Assembly: GCA_902578135.1 (NCBI GenBank) | Contig: CACHBU010000004.1 | Coordinates: forward strand, 8,120 to 72,119 | Source: an uncultured Candidatus Actinomarina sp. | Lineage (GTDB): Bacteria > Actinomycetota > Acidimicrobiia > Actinomarinales > Actinomarinaceae | DNA: 64,000 nucleotides | Reading direction: 5' to 3' | Position numbers and translations under genes: made by a program | The notes under the pieces: model-generated | The model's database searches: none | What the model was told of the DNA's origin: nothing | Seen by the model: the letters and a program-made list of their open reading frames with translations, nothing else | Part shown: one piece after another, positions 57,262-64,000 of the stretch | Layout of the letters: every line of letters starts with the position of its first letter | How positions within the stretch are numbered: position 1 is the first letter of the stretch

Positions 57262-57783
57262 ATGAAAGATTTGATCTGGGATATTGCCAAAAGTGGAGAA
57301 GAAGCTCTAGAAAACACAGAACTACAAACAATTGAAGAACCTAAAGAATTGTTTGTAGCTAGAGGAGTTTCTATAGAAGCAAAAGATAGTACTTATAAAA
57401 TCAATAAATTTGTAGATAATAAAATTGCACTCGATGTTCAAGAAAAAGGAGCGATAAAAATATCTGATACTGTCTTTAATTACTCTAAAAGTTACAAATC
57501 AAAAACTCTAGATTTAAAAAAATTAATTGATTGGGCTACCAACAAGAAACTTTCAGATGATGATATTGAAAACTTAGTAGCGCTTTGTGGAAATACTTTT
57601 GTACCAAAATTAAGGGGCCTTGATGCAGTTGCAGAAAAAAAAGGAATGGATAAACAACTAGCAAGAGATACTTTTATAGAAAAAATTTGGGATGAGGAAC
57701 CTAAATTACAAGTTATTAAAACAAGCAATGATACCGCTCCAGTATGGGCGAAAGATTTGAAAGAAATGGAGAGAAGAAAATGA
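57262..57783 (+). CDS. hypothetical protein, translationally coupled to the Rad52-like gene
   Basis: 173 aa with a strong SD (AGGAG) 7 nt upstream. The stop overlaps the next ATG (ATGA). I recognise no motif in it. Confidence 0.7.
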   Translation: MKDLIWDIAKSGEEALENTELQTIEEPKELFVARGVSIEAKDSTYKINKFVDNKIALDVQEKGAIKISDTVFNYSKSYKSKTLDLKKLIDWATNKKLSDDDIENLVALCGNTFVPKLRGLDAVAEKKGMDKQLARDTFIEKIWDEEPKLQVIKTSNDTAPVWAKDLKEMERRK

Positions 57784-58208
57784 AACAATTGTATGAACTA
57801 TCAAGAAAATTTCCAAAAGATTGGATAAAAAAAGCACCTAAGGGCAAGTTTGGAAATTACGTTCCACATCCAGTAATTACACAACGTCTATTAGAAGTTT
57901 GTGGACCTTTTAATTGGGAAGTTGTTGAATTGATCAGACAGGAAACTACAGGAACAGTAGTAGGTTGCTTTGGAAAATTGACCGTTGAAATTGATGGCAA
58001 ATTAGTCACCGTAACATCTATCGGTGACGTAGAGCACGATCAAAAAAATGATGGTAGTAATGCAAAGCATGCAGAGTCAGATTCTTTCAAAAGGTGTGCG
58101 ATGAAACTCGGGCTTGGATTACATTTATGGGCTGGAGAAGAATATTATCTTGATAAACAACTTGATAAAAAAGAAGTAGGAAAAAAAACTAAGCTTCAAT
58201 CTGCTTGA
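57780..58208 (+). CDS. Rad52/Rad22-Sak-DdrA-like single-strand annealing protein
   Basis: 142 aa containing GNYVPHPVITQRLLEVCGPFNWEVVE and AKHAESDSFKRCAMKLGLGLHLW. These parallel the RAD52 blocks [20 protein letters not shown] and [23 protein letters not shown]. Confidence 0.75.
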   Translation: MKQLYELSRKFPKDWIKKAPKGKFGNYVPHPVITQRLLEVCGPFNWEVVELIRQETTGTVVGCFGKLTVEIDGKLVTVTSIGDVEHDQKNDGSNAKHAESDSFKRCAMKLGLGLHLWAGEEYYLDKQLDKKEVGKKTKLQSA

Positions 58209-58660
58209 TCAATTAACTCACCATTTCTAGCAGTCAACACAAAGGTTGCAGGACCATCATTGATTAAACCTACATCCATCATGGCGCCGAAGCTTCCAGT
58301 CTTTACAGTTACATGTTGAGAAAATGCCTGAACAATTTTTGAAATCATCTCTTCAGCAATTTCTGGAGATTTTGCTTTTACAAACGAAGGCCTATTCCCT
58401 TTTAGAAATTTTCCAGCTAACGTGAACTGACTAACAATTAATATCTCTCCTGATATGTCTACTATTGATTTATTCATTTTTAAATTTTCATCAGAAAAAA
58501 CTCTAAAATTTAAAATTTTATTTATCAGAATATCACTTTCAACTTCAGAATCAGCTTCTTCAATTCCCCATAAAAGTAAATAGCCGTGATTAATTTCTGA
58601 AATAATACTTGAGTCAACTTTTACGTAAGCACTTTTAACTCTCTGCAAAACAACTTTCAT
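58196..58660 (-). CDS. dtd: D-aminoacyl-tRNA deacylase
   Basis: 154 aa starting MKVVLQRV, with SQFTL and NDGPATF. Confidence 0.94.
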   Translation of the reverse strand: MKVVLQRVKSAYVKVDSSIISEINHGYLLLWGIEEADSEVESDILINKILNFRVFSDENLKMNKSIVDISGEILIVSQFTLAGKFLKGNRPSFVKAKSPEIAEEMISKIVQAFSQHVTVKTGSFGAMMDVGLINDGPATFVLTARNGELIDQAD

Positions 58661-58664
58661 AAAC

Positions 58665-58670
58665 TATAAT
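58665..58670 (+). promoter_or_regulatory. -10 box (TATAAT) positioned for a leaderless transcript of the PPOX-class gene
   Basis: TATAAT ends 7 nt before ATG 58678. The whole divergent spacer is only 17 nt and there is no SD. Confidence 0.35.
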
Positions 58671-58677
58671 TTAACAG

Positions 58678-59088
58678 ATGGGATTAGACAATAAAACAAT
58701 TCAAATGGCATCTGGCCCAAATTATGCAGCGTTGACAACTTTATTTAAAAATGGCGTTCCACAAACACACTTGATGTGGGTTGATACAGATGGTGAAAAT
58801 ATTTTAATCAATACAGAGATACATAGATTCAAATACAAAAATATTTTAAAAGATCCCAGAGTCACGGTTACGATTTGGAAGCACGACAATCCATTTAAAT
58901 TTGTTGAAATAAGAGGTGAAGTTATCGCTGAAATCACTGGTCAAGAAGCAAGAGACAATATTGATAAATTATCTGAAAAATATTGGGAGAAACCTTATCC
59001 ATTCCCAATACAAAGCGAAAGAATTGTACTTGTTATAAAATCAAACAAGGAAGTGATGTTTAATCTAAAAGACGAAGATTTTGAATAA
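58678..59088 (+). CDS. pyridoxamine-5'-phosphate-oxidase-fold (PPOX class, probably F420-dependent) protein
   Basis: 136 aa with a split-barrel pattern (YAALTTLFKNGVPQTHLMWVDTDGENILINT ... VEIRGEV). Confidence 0.7.
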   Translation: MGLDNKTIQMASGPNYAALTTLFKNGVPQTHLMWVDTDGENILINTEIHRFKYKNILKDPRVTVTIWKHDNPFKFVEIRGEVIAEITGQEARDNIDKLSEKYWEKPYPFPIQSERIVLVIKSNKEVMFNLKDEDFE

Positions 59089-59089
59089 A

Positions 59090-59950
59090 CTAGTCTTTTT
59101 TGTATTCATAAAAGCCTTTACCGGTTTTTACTCCTAAATCACCATTCATAACTTTTTCTTCTAAAAACTTTTTTGGTTCATCTTTAGGGTCACCAGATTC
59201 TTCAAATTTTTTCAATTTAGCATAGTAATGTATATCTAATCCTGAATAATCTGAAAGTTCAAATGGGCCCAGAGGATGATTTAATCCTTTTTTGATAGCA
59301 AGATCTATATCTTTAAAATCAGCAATTCCCTCAGCATAAAGTTCATAAGCTTCATCTACCAAGGCAGCCAACATCCTGTTTACAATAAATCCTGGGGTTT
59401 CCTTTTTGAGAACTACCACTGATCTACCCATTTTTTCACTTACAGATTTAGTACGTTCTAACACTCCTTTTGATACATTAGCTGGATATGAAATCTCAAT
59501 TAAATCCATTCGTATTGGTGGATAGAAAAAGTGCATGTTTATAAACCTTTTAGGATGTTCACAATGTTTTGAGATTTCAGAAGCTTGAATGAAAGAACTA
59601 TTAGTTGCCATCACAACCTCTTCATTCATCAATTTTGAAATTTTATTAAAAATTTCAAGCTTTACATCAAACTTTTCAACTACAGCTTCTATTACAAATG
59701 ATTTACCTACAATTACATCTTCAAGTGAATAATCAAGTTCTAAATTTTCTTTGTAATAATCTAATTTATCTTCAGAATATATTTTTTTGTCTATTAAATT
59801 TTTAATGTTTTCTTCAACAAATTTATATCTATATTCCAAATTTTCTTTATTTTCATCATAAATATTTGTTTTATAACCAGCCATTGCAGCCAAAGCTGCT
59901 ATTTGACTTCCCATTTGGCCGCCACCAATTACTGCTATTTTTTCGTTCAC
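59090..59950 (-). CDS. 3-hydroxyacyl-CoA dehydrogenase (NAD-binding)
   Basis: 286 aa containing IAVIGGGQMGSQIA, NSS..., and a C-terminal GKGFYEY. Confidence 0.9.
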   Translation of the reverse strand: MNEKIAVIGGGQMGSQIAALAAMAGYKTNIYDENKENLEYRYKFVEENIKNLIDKKIYSEDKLDYYKENLELDYSLEDVIVGKSFVIEAVVEKFDVKLEIFNKISKLMNEEVVMATNSSFIQASEISKHCEHPKRFINMHFFYPPIRMDLIEISYPANVSKGVLERTKSVSEKMGRSVVVLKKETPGFIVNRMLAALVDEAYELYAEGIADFKDIDLAIKKGLNHPLGPFELSDYSGLDIHYYAKLKKFEESGDPKDEPKKFLEEKVMNGDLGVKTGKGFYEYKKD

Positions 59951-61152
59951 GAGTGTTTGTTTATTTCACGTCTTGCAATAGATCTTAAATGTACTTCGTC
60001 TGGTCCATCAGCAATCCTTAACGTTCTAACACCAGCTGACATTTTTGCTAAGGGGGTATCTTGCGAAACTCCCATAGCTCCATGTGCTTGAATGGCTTTA
60101 TCAATTACATATGAAGCAGCTTCGATAACTCCAACTTTTATTGCAGATATTTCAATTTTGGCTTGCTCTTTACCCACATTGTCAATCAACCATGCCGTTT
60201 TTAAAGTAAGCAATCTAGCCTCTTCAATTTTAATTCTTGACCTAGCAATCCAATCCTGCACAACACCATGATCGGATATTTTTGTACCGAATGTTTCTCT
60301 AGACAAAGCTCTTTTTATCATTAATTCAAGTGCTCTCTCTGCCATTCCTATTGTTCTCATGCAGTGATGGATTCTTCCTGGACCTAATCTAGCTTGGGCA
60401 ATTTGAAAGCCCATACCTTCCCCACCGATAATATTTGATTTTGGTACAACAACATTTTCAAAATTTAATTCTGGATGTCCAGTGTACCCATCATCATAGC
60501 CATAAACATGCATCGGTCTAACTATAGTTATCCCTTCTGTATCCATAGGGACAAGCACTTGACTTTGTCTTGTGTGTGGAGGATTATCTGGATTTGTTAT
60601 TCCCATAAAAATACATATCTTGGCGCGTGGATTGATTGCATTTGAAGTCCACCATTTTCTTCCATTGATAATATAATTATCTCCATCTGAAACTATTGAA
60701 CTTGAAATATTCGTTGCATCAGATGAGGCAACATCCGGTTCGGTCATAGCGAAACAAGAACGAATATCTCCATTAAGTAACGGACTTAACCATTGGTCTT
60801 TTTGTTCTTGAGTTCCAAATTCTGCAAGTATTTCCATATTTCCAGTATCTGGTGCAGAACAGTTAAATACCTCAGGAGCCCACCAGACCTGACCAGTTAT
60901 TTCCGCTAAAGGTGCATAGTCAACATTTGTTAGTCCTGCACCGTATTCACTGTCGGGTAAAAATAAGTTCCATAAATCTTCTTTTCTTGCTTTATCTTTT
61001 AACTCATCAAGTAATGCAGGAATGTGCAAAGGATCTCCTGAATCTAATATTGATTTTTCGTAAGCTTCTTCGTTGGGAAAAATATGTTCTTCAAAAAATT
61101 TATTCATTTTTTCTTGAAGTTCTAATGACTTTTGAGAAAATTTAAAATCCAT
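59947..61152 (-). CDS. acyl-CoA dehydrogenase (FadE2 / ACAD10-11-like subgroup)
   Basis: 401 aa containing CFAMTEPDVASSDATNI and RKWWTSNA, with a C-terminal IADGPDEVH. Confidence 0.88.
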   Translation of the reverse strand: MDFKFSQKSLELQEKMNKFFEEHIFPNEEAYEKSILDSGDPLHIPALLDELKDKARKEDLWNLFLPDSEYGAGLTNVDYAPLAEITGQVWWAPEVFNCSAPDTGNMEILAEFGTQEQKDQWLSPLLNGDIRSCFAMTEPDVASSDATNISSSIVSDGDNYIINGRKWWTSNAINPRAKICIFMGITNPDNPPHTRQSQVLVPMDTEGITIVRPMHVYGYDDGYTGHPELNFENVVVPKSNIIGGEGMGFQIAQARLGPGRIHHCMRTIGMAERALELMIKRALSRETFGTKISDHGVVQDWIARSRIKIEEARLLTLKTAWLIDNVGKEQAKIEISAIKVGVIEAASYVIDKAIQAHGAMGVSQDTPLAKMSAGVRTLRIADGPDEVHLRSIARREINKHS

Positions 61153-61210
61153 TGCTTTATTCTATCAATTAACTTGAGACCAAGAGAATTAAATCATAAG
61201 ATATTTGTTA

Positions 61211-62227
61211 ATGGAATTTTTTAATGAAAAAATAAGAAACTACATAGCTTCCAATCTTGATTTGGATAACCAATTTAAATTTGAAAAATTTAAAGTTGGT
61301 AGATCAAACATTACTTTTAAAATTTTTGATGATAGAAATAGTTATGTTCTAAGAAGACCTCCATTTGGTGATAAATTAGAGTCTGCGCATAACATGCAAC
61401 GTGAATACAGAATTATTAGTGAACTGAGTGAAAATAATATAAAAGTTCCAAAACCAATTCTTTTATATACCGATAGAACACTTTCTGATGATGATTTTTA
61501 CATTATGGAATATATTGAAGGTGCAACTATTGCAGATAATGTAATAGCTGAAAATTATTCGAAAAATGATAAAAAGGAAATTACGAATTCATTTATTACA
61601 ACACTTGCTGAATTGCATAATTTCGATGTAAAAAATTCTAAATTAAATGATTTAGGAAAACATGAAGACTATGTCTTAAGGCAGTTAAACAGATGGACAA
61701 AACAATTTAATGCACAGAAAGTAAGAGATATTGCCGATTTAGATATTGCTACGAAATTATTATTCGATACTATCCCCACACAACAAAAAGTAAGTATTGT
61801 TCATGGAGATTACAGATTAGATAATGTAAGGGTAAATAATAACTTGGTTGCAGCAATTGTTGATTGGGAACTCTGTACATTAGGAGACCCACTAGCTGAT
61901 CTAGGAACTGTGATTGCTTCTTGGTCAAATAAGAATGAAACTGATACTCCATTTATATATTCACCCTCTTTAAGTGATGGATTCCCAAACAGGCAAGAAA
62001 TAATTAATCTATATGAATCTAAATCAGACCTCGATTTAAACAATATTGAATTCTATGTGAGACTATCTTTTTGGAAACATGCAATGATAATGGAAGGAGT
62101 CTACGTTAGGTATTCTCTTGGTTATTATGGTAATGTTGATAAGAAAGATTTAGAGGCATTTGGTAAAAGCACATTAAGTTTTGCAAAAAAAGCATCTAAT
62201 AAGAATCTACTTAAGGAGATATTTTGA
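61211..62227 (+). CDS. APH-fold phosphotransferase (kinase) family protein
   Basis: Contains VLRRPPFG and the Brenner motif IVHGDYRLDNV, then DWELCTLGDPLADL. ATG 61211 is preferred over TTG 61205. Confidence 0.85.
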   Translation: MEFFNEKIRNYIASNLDLDNQFKFEKFKVGRSNITFKIFDDRNSYVLRRPPFGDKLESAHNMQREYRIISELSENNIKVPKPILLYTDRTLSDDDFYIMEYIEGATIADNVIAENYSKNDKKEITNSFITTLAELHNFDVKNSKLNDLGKHEDYVLRQLNRWTKQFNAQKVRDIADLDIATKLLFDTIPTQQKVSIVHGDYRLDNVRVNNNLVAAIVDWELCTLGDPLADLGTVIASWSNKNETDTPFIYSPSLSDGFPNRQEIINLYESKSDLDLNNIEFYVRLSFWKHAMIMEGVYVRYSLGYYGNVDKKDLEAFGKSTLSFAKKASNKNLLKEIF

Positions 62228-62685
62228 AAGTTATTCCAGCAAATGAGCTAGAAAATCATATTGGTGAAGAGGTAGGTGTTTCTGATTGGTTCGAGGTAAC
62301 TCAAGAAAGAATTAATCAATTTGCTGAAGCAACAAATGACCACCAATTTATTCATGTAGATCCTGAAATGGCAAAGGCAACGCCGTGGGGTTCCACAATT
62401 GCACATGGTTTTTTAACTTTAAGCTTGCTTACCTATCTTCAAGCTGATATTGGATATATGCCAGAAGGGCTTCAGATGGCTATAAATTACGGTGCAGACA
62501 AAGTCAGATTTATGGAAGCTGTTCCTGTAAATAGTAAAATCAGAGGTCGTTTTGTTCTTGCAGAAATTAATTATAAAAAAAATGGAAGATGGCTTGCGAA
62601 AACAACTTGTACAATCGAAATTGAGGGTAAAGAAAAACCTGCAGCGGTTGTTGAAACATTAACTTTATACGTTGTAAGTGAATAA
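62224..62685 (+). CDS. MaoC-like (R)-specific enoyl-CoA hydratase / hot-dog fold dehydratase
   Basis: 153 aa containing TNDHQFIHVDPEMAKATPWGSTIAHGF. TTG start with GGAG 5 nt upstream; overlaps the preceding TGA. Confidence 0.85.
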   Translation: MKVIPANELENHIGEEVGVSDWFEVTQERINQFAEATNDHQFIHVDPEMAKATPWGSTIAHGFLTLSLLTYLQADIGYMPEGLQMAINYGADKVRFMEAVPVNSKIRGRFVLAEINYKKNGRWLAKTTCTIEIEGKEKPAAVVETLTLYVVSE

Positions 62686-62700
62686 TAAAAGGAGATATTT

Positions 62701-63879
62701 ATGAGAGAAGCAGTAATAGTATCTGCAGCTAGAACACCTATAGGTAAGGCTTACAGAGGGGCTTTTAATAACACAGCTGCCCCAACCCTAGCCTCTTACT
62801 CTATAAAAGAAGCTGTCGACAGAGCTGGAATAGATCCAAAAGAAGTTGAAGATGTTGTTTTAGGATGTGCACAGCAACAAGGTTCACAGGCTATAAATAT
62901 AGGAAGATTAGCTGGTATTGCAGCAGGGCTTCCTGATAATGTTCCAGGCATGACAATAGACAGGCAATGTTCATCGGGAATGATGGCAATTGCGACTGCA
63001 TCAAAACAGGTTGTTACAGACAATATGGACGTTGTTGTTGCTGGAGGAGTTGAATCTATTTCACTCGTACAAACTGCAGATTTTAGGGTAGATATTGATC
63101 CTAATGTTACTGAGCACGCAAAACATGCATACATGCCAATGATTGAGACTGCTGATCACGTTGCTGAAAAATATAATGTAACAAGAGAAAGTCAAGACGA
63201 GTACTCTCTTCAAAGTCAGCAAAGGACAGCAGCTGCACAAGAAGCAGATCTTTACAAAGACGAAATCATTTCAACTACGACTACTAAGTTAGTTAAAGAC
63301 AAAGAATCCGGGGAAATTTCTGAACAAGAAGCCACTTTAGAAAAAGACGAAGGTAACAGACCAGAAACAAATATAGAAGGTCTATCATCTTTAGTCCCAG
63401 TGTATGGAGAGGGTAAGTTCATAACTGCTGGAAATGCATCTCAGTTATCTGATGGATCCGCATCCGTAGTGGTTATGGAATCAAAGGTTGCAGAAAACAA
63501 AGGCCTAACACCACTTGGCTATTACAGAGGAATGGCTGTTGCAGGTTTAGCTCCAGAAGAAATGGGAATTGGGCCAATTTATGCTGTTCCTAAATTGCTT
63601 GACAAATATAACTTAAGTATTGATGACATTGGCTTATGGGAGCTTAATGAAGCATTCGCAGTGCAAGCTTTATATTGTAGAGATTATCTAGGTATTGATA
63701 ATGAAATTTACAATGTTAATGGTGGCTCAATATCTATAGGACATCCATACGGAATGACTGGTGCAAGAATGACAATGCATGCTCTTATGGAAGGTAAACG
63801 AAGAGGTGCAAAGTATGTTGTTGTCACAATGTGTGTTGGTGGTGGAATGGGTGCTGCTGGATTATTTGAGGTCATATAA
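62701..63879 (+). CDS. acetyl-CoA C-acyltransferase (thiolase)
   Basis: 392 aa containing DRQCSSGM (active-site Cys), [13 protein letters not shown] and CVGGGMG. Confidence 0.94.
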   Translation: MREAVIVSAARTPIGKAYRGAFNNTAAPTLASYSIKEAVDRAGIDPKEVEDVVLGCAQQQGSQAINIGRLAGIAAGLPDNVPGMTIDRQCSSGMMAIATASKQVVTDNMDVVVAGGVESISLVQTADFRVDIDPNVTEHAKHAYMPMIETADHVAEKYNVTRESQDEYSLQSQQRTAAAQEADLYKDEIISTTTTKLVKDKESGEISEQEATLEKDEGNRPETNIEGLSSLVPVYGEGKFITAGNASQLSDGSASVVVMESKVAENKGLTPLGYYRGMAVAGLAPEEMGIGPIYAVPKLLDKYNLSIDDIGLWELNEAFAVQALYCRDYLGIDNEIYNVNGGSISIGHPYGMTGARMTMHALMEGKRRGAKYVVVTMCVGGGMGAAGLFEVI

Positions 63880-63930
63880 ATTAACAAGTATTTAAAAGAC
63901 TTGACATAAATTCTAAAAGTATAATTGAAT

Positions 63931-64000
63931 ATGAACAAAATTACTGACAAAAACAGTTATTTAGATTCAATTAAAAATAGAAATTTAAAAATTTATCTTA
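63931..64000 (+). CDS. 5' fragment of an unidentified ORF running off the window
   Basis: ATG 63931 opens MNKITDKNSYLDSIKNRNLKIYL... with no stop before the window ends. Too short to identify. Confidence 0.3.
   Translation, partial: MNKITDKNSYLDSIKNRNLKIYL

Noticed and set aside
57492-57788. 98-aa minus-strand ORF antisense to the 173-aa gene
   Set aside because: The plus-strand gene has a strong SD and ATGA coupling to the next gene. The antisense frame has neither and reads as low-complexity Ser/Phe/Leu.
57052-58208. Rad52-like cassette as a recently integrated prophage remnant
   Set aside because: There is no integrase, tRNA, att-like direct repeats or structural phage genes. Composition resembles the flanks and the 3' end overlaps dtd. 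An ancient phage origin remains possible, but it does not look like a discrete mobile element.
63901-63925. TTGACA ... TATAAT pair as a canonical sigma70-type promoter
   Set aside because: The spacer between the hexamers is only 13 nt, so the TTGACA is probably coincidental. Only the -10 element close to ATG 63931 may be meaningful, as a possible leaderless start.
1-64000. Search for tRNA, rRNA, CRISPR arrays, IS elements and long repeats
   Set aside because: No GC-rich cloverleaf-sized intergenic segment exists, and there are no regularly spaced direct repeats or transposase-like ORFs. All spacers over 60 nt were inspected individually.

Overview
Visibly AT-rich, very tightly packed bacterial chromosome; many genes share start/stop overlaps of the ATGA or TAATG type. 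Gene content and order match the conserved actinobacterial core: pnp-rpsO-ribF-truB-nrnA-rbfA-infB-nusA-rimP-proS-ispG-rseP-cdsA-frr-pyrH-tsf-rpsB-xerC, then rnhB-lepB-rplS-trmD ... rimM-KH-rpsP, then smc-(asparaginase II-like)-mutM-rnc-plsX-rpmF-DUF177 ... coaD-rsmD-recG / rpmB, then ddl. Together with FO synthase (cofG/cofH), inositol-1-phosphate synthase and deazaflavin-type enzymes, this suggests a genome-streamlined low-GC planktonic actinobacterium (Ca. Actinomarinales- or acI-like). That assignment is inference only. I found no rRNA, tRNA, CRISPR array, transposase or obvious prophage. Most of the window is housekeeping. The parts worth a second look are: (1) a Rad52/Sak/DdrA-like annealing-protein cassette at 57.1-58.2 kb, near a Cas4/RecB-like Fe-S nuclease; (2) a photolyase/cryptochrome-family protein whose two domains appear in swapped order, with a CxxCx5C motif, translationally coupled to a DDN-type F420 enzyme; (3) a GAPDH paralogue lacking the catalytic cysteine, directly upstream of a normal gap; (4) an 883-aa SMC with no recognisable hinge domain; (5) a five-gene operon containing a MurF-type ligase whose N-terminal domain is replaced by transmembrane helices; (6) a split FO synthase whose CofH carries an unexplained ~245-aa N-terminal domain; (7) lepB, whose membrane anchor is encoded in frame but without an ATG/GTG/TTG start. 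Several small regulatory hairpins and candidate micro-ORFs are also listed. Functional calls come from motifs read in the translations and from synteny; no database search was run.
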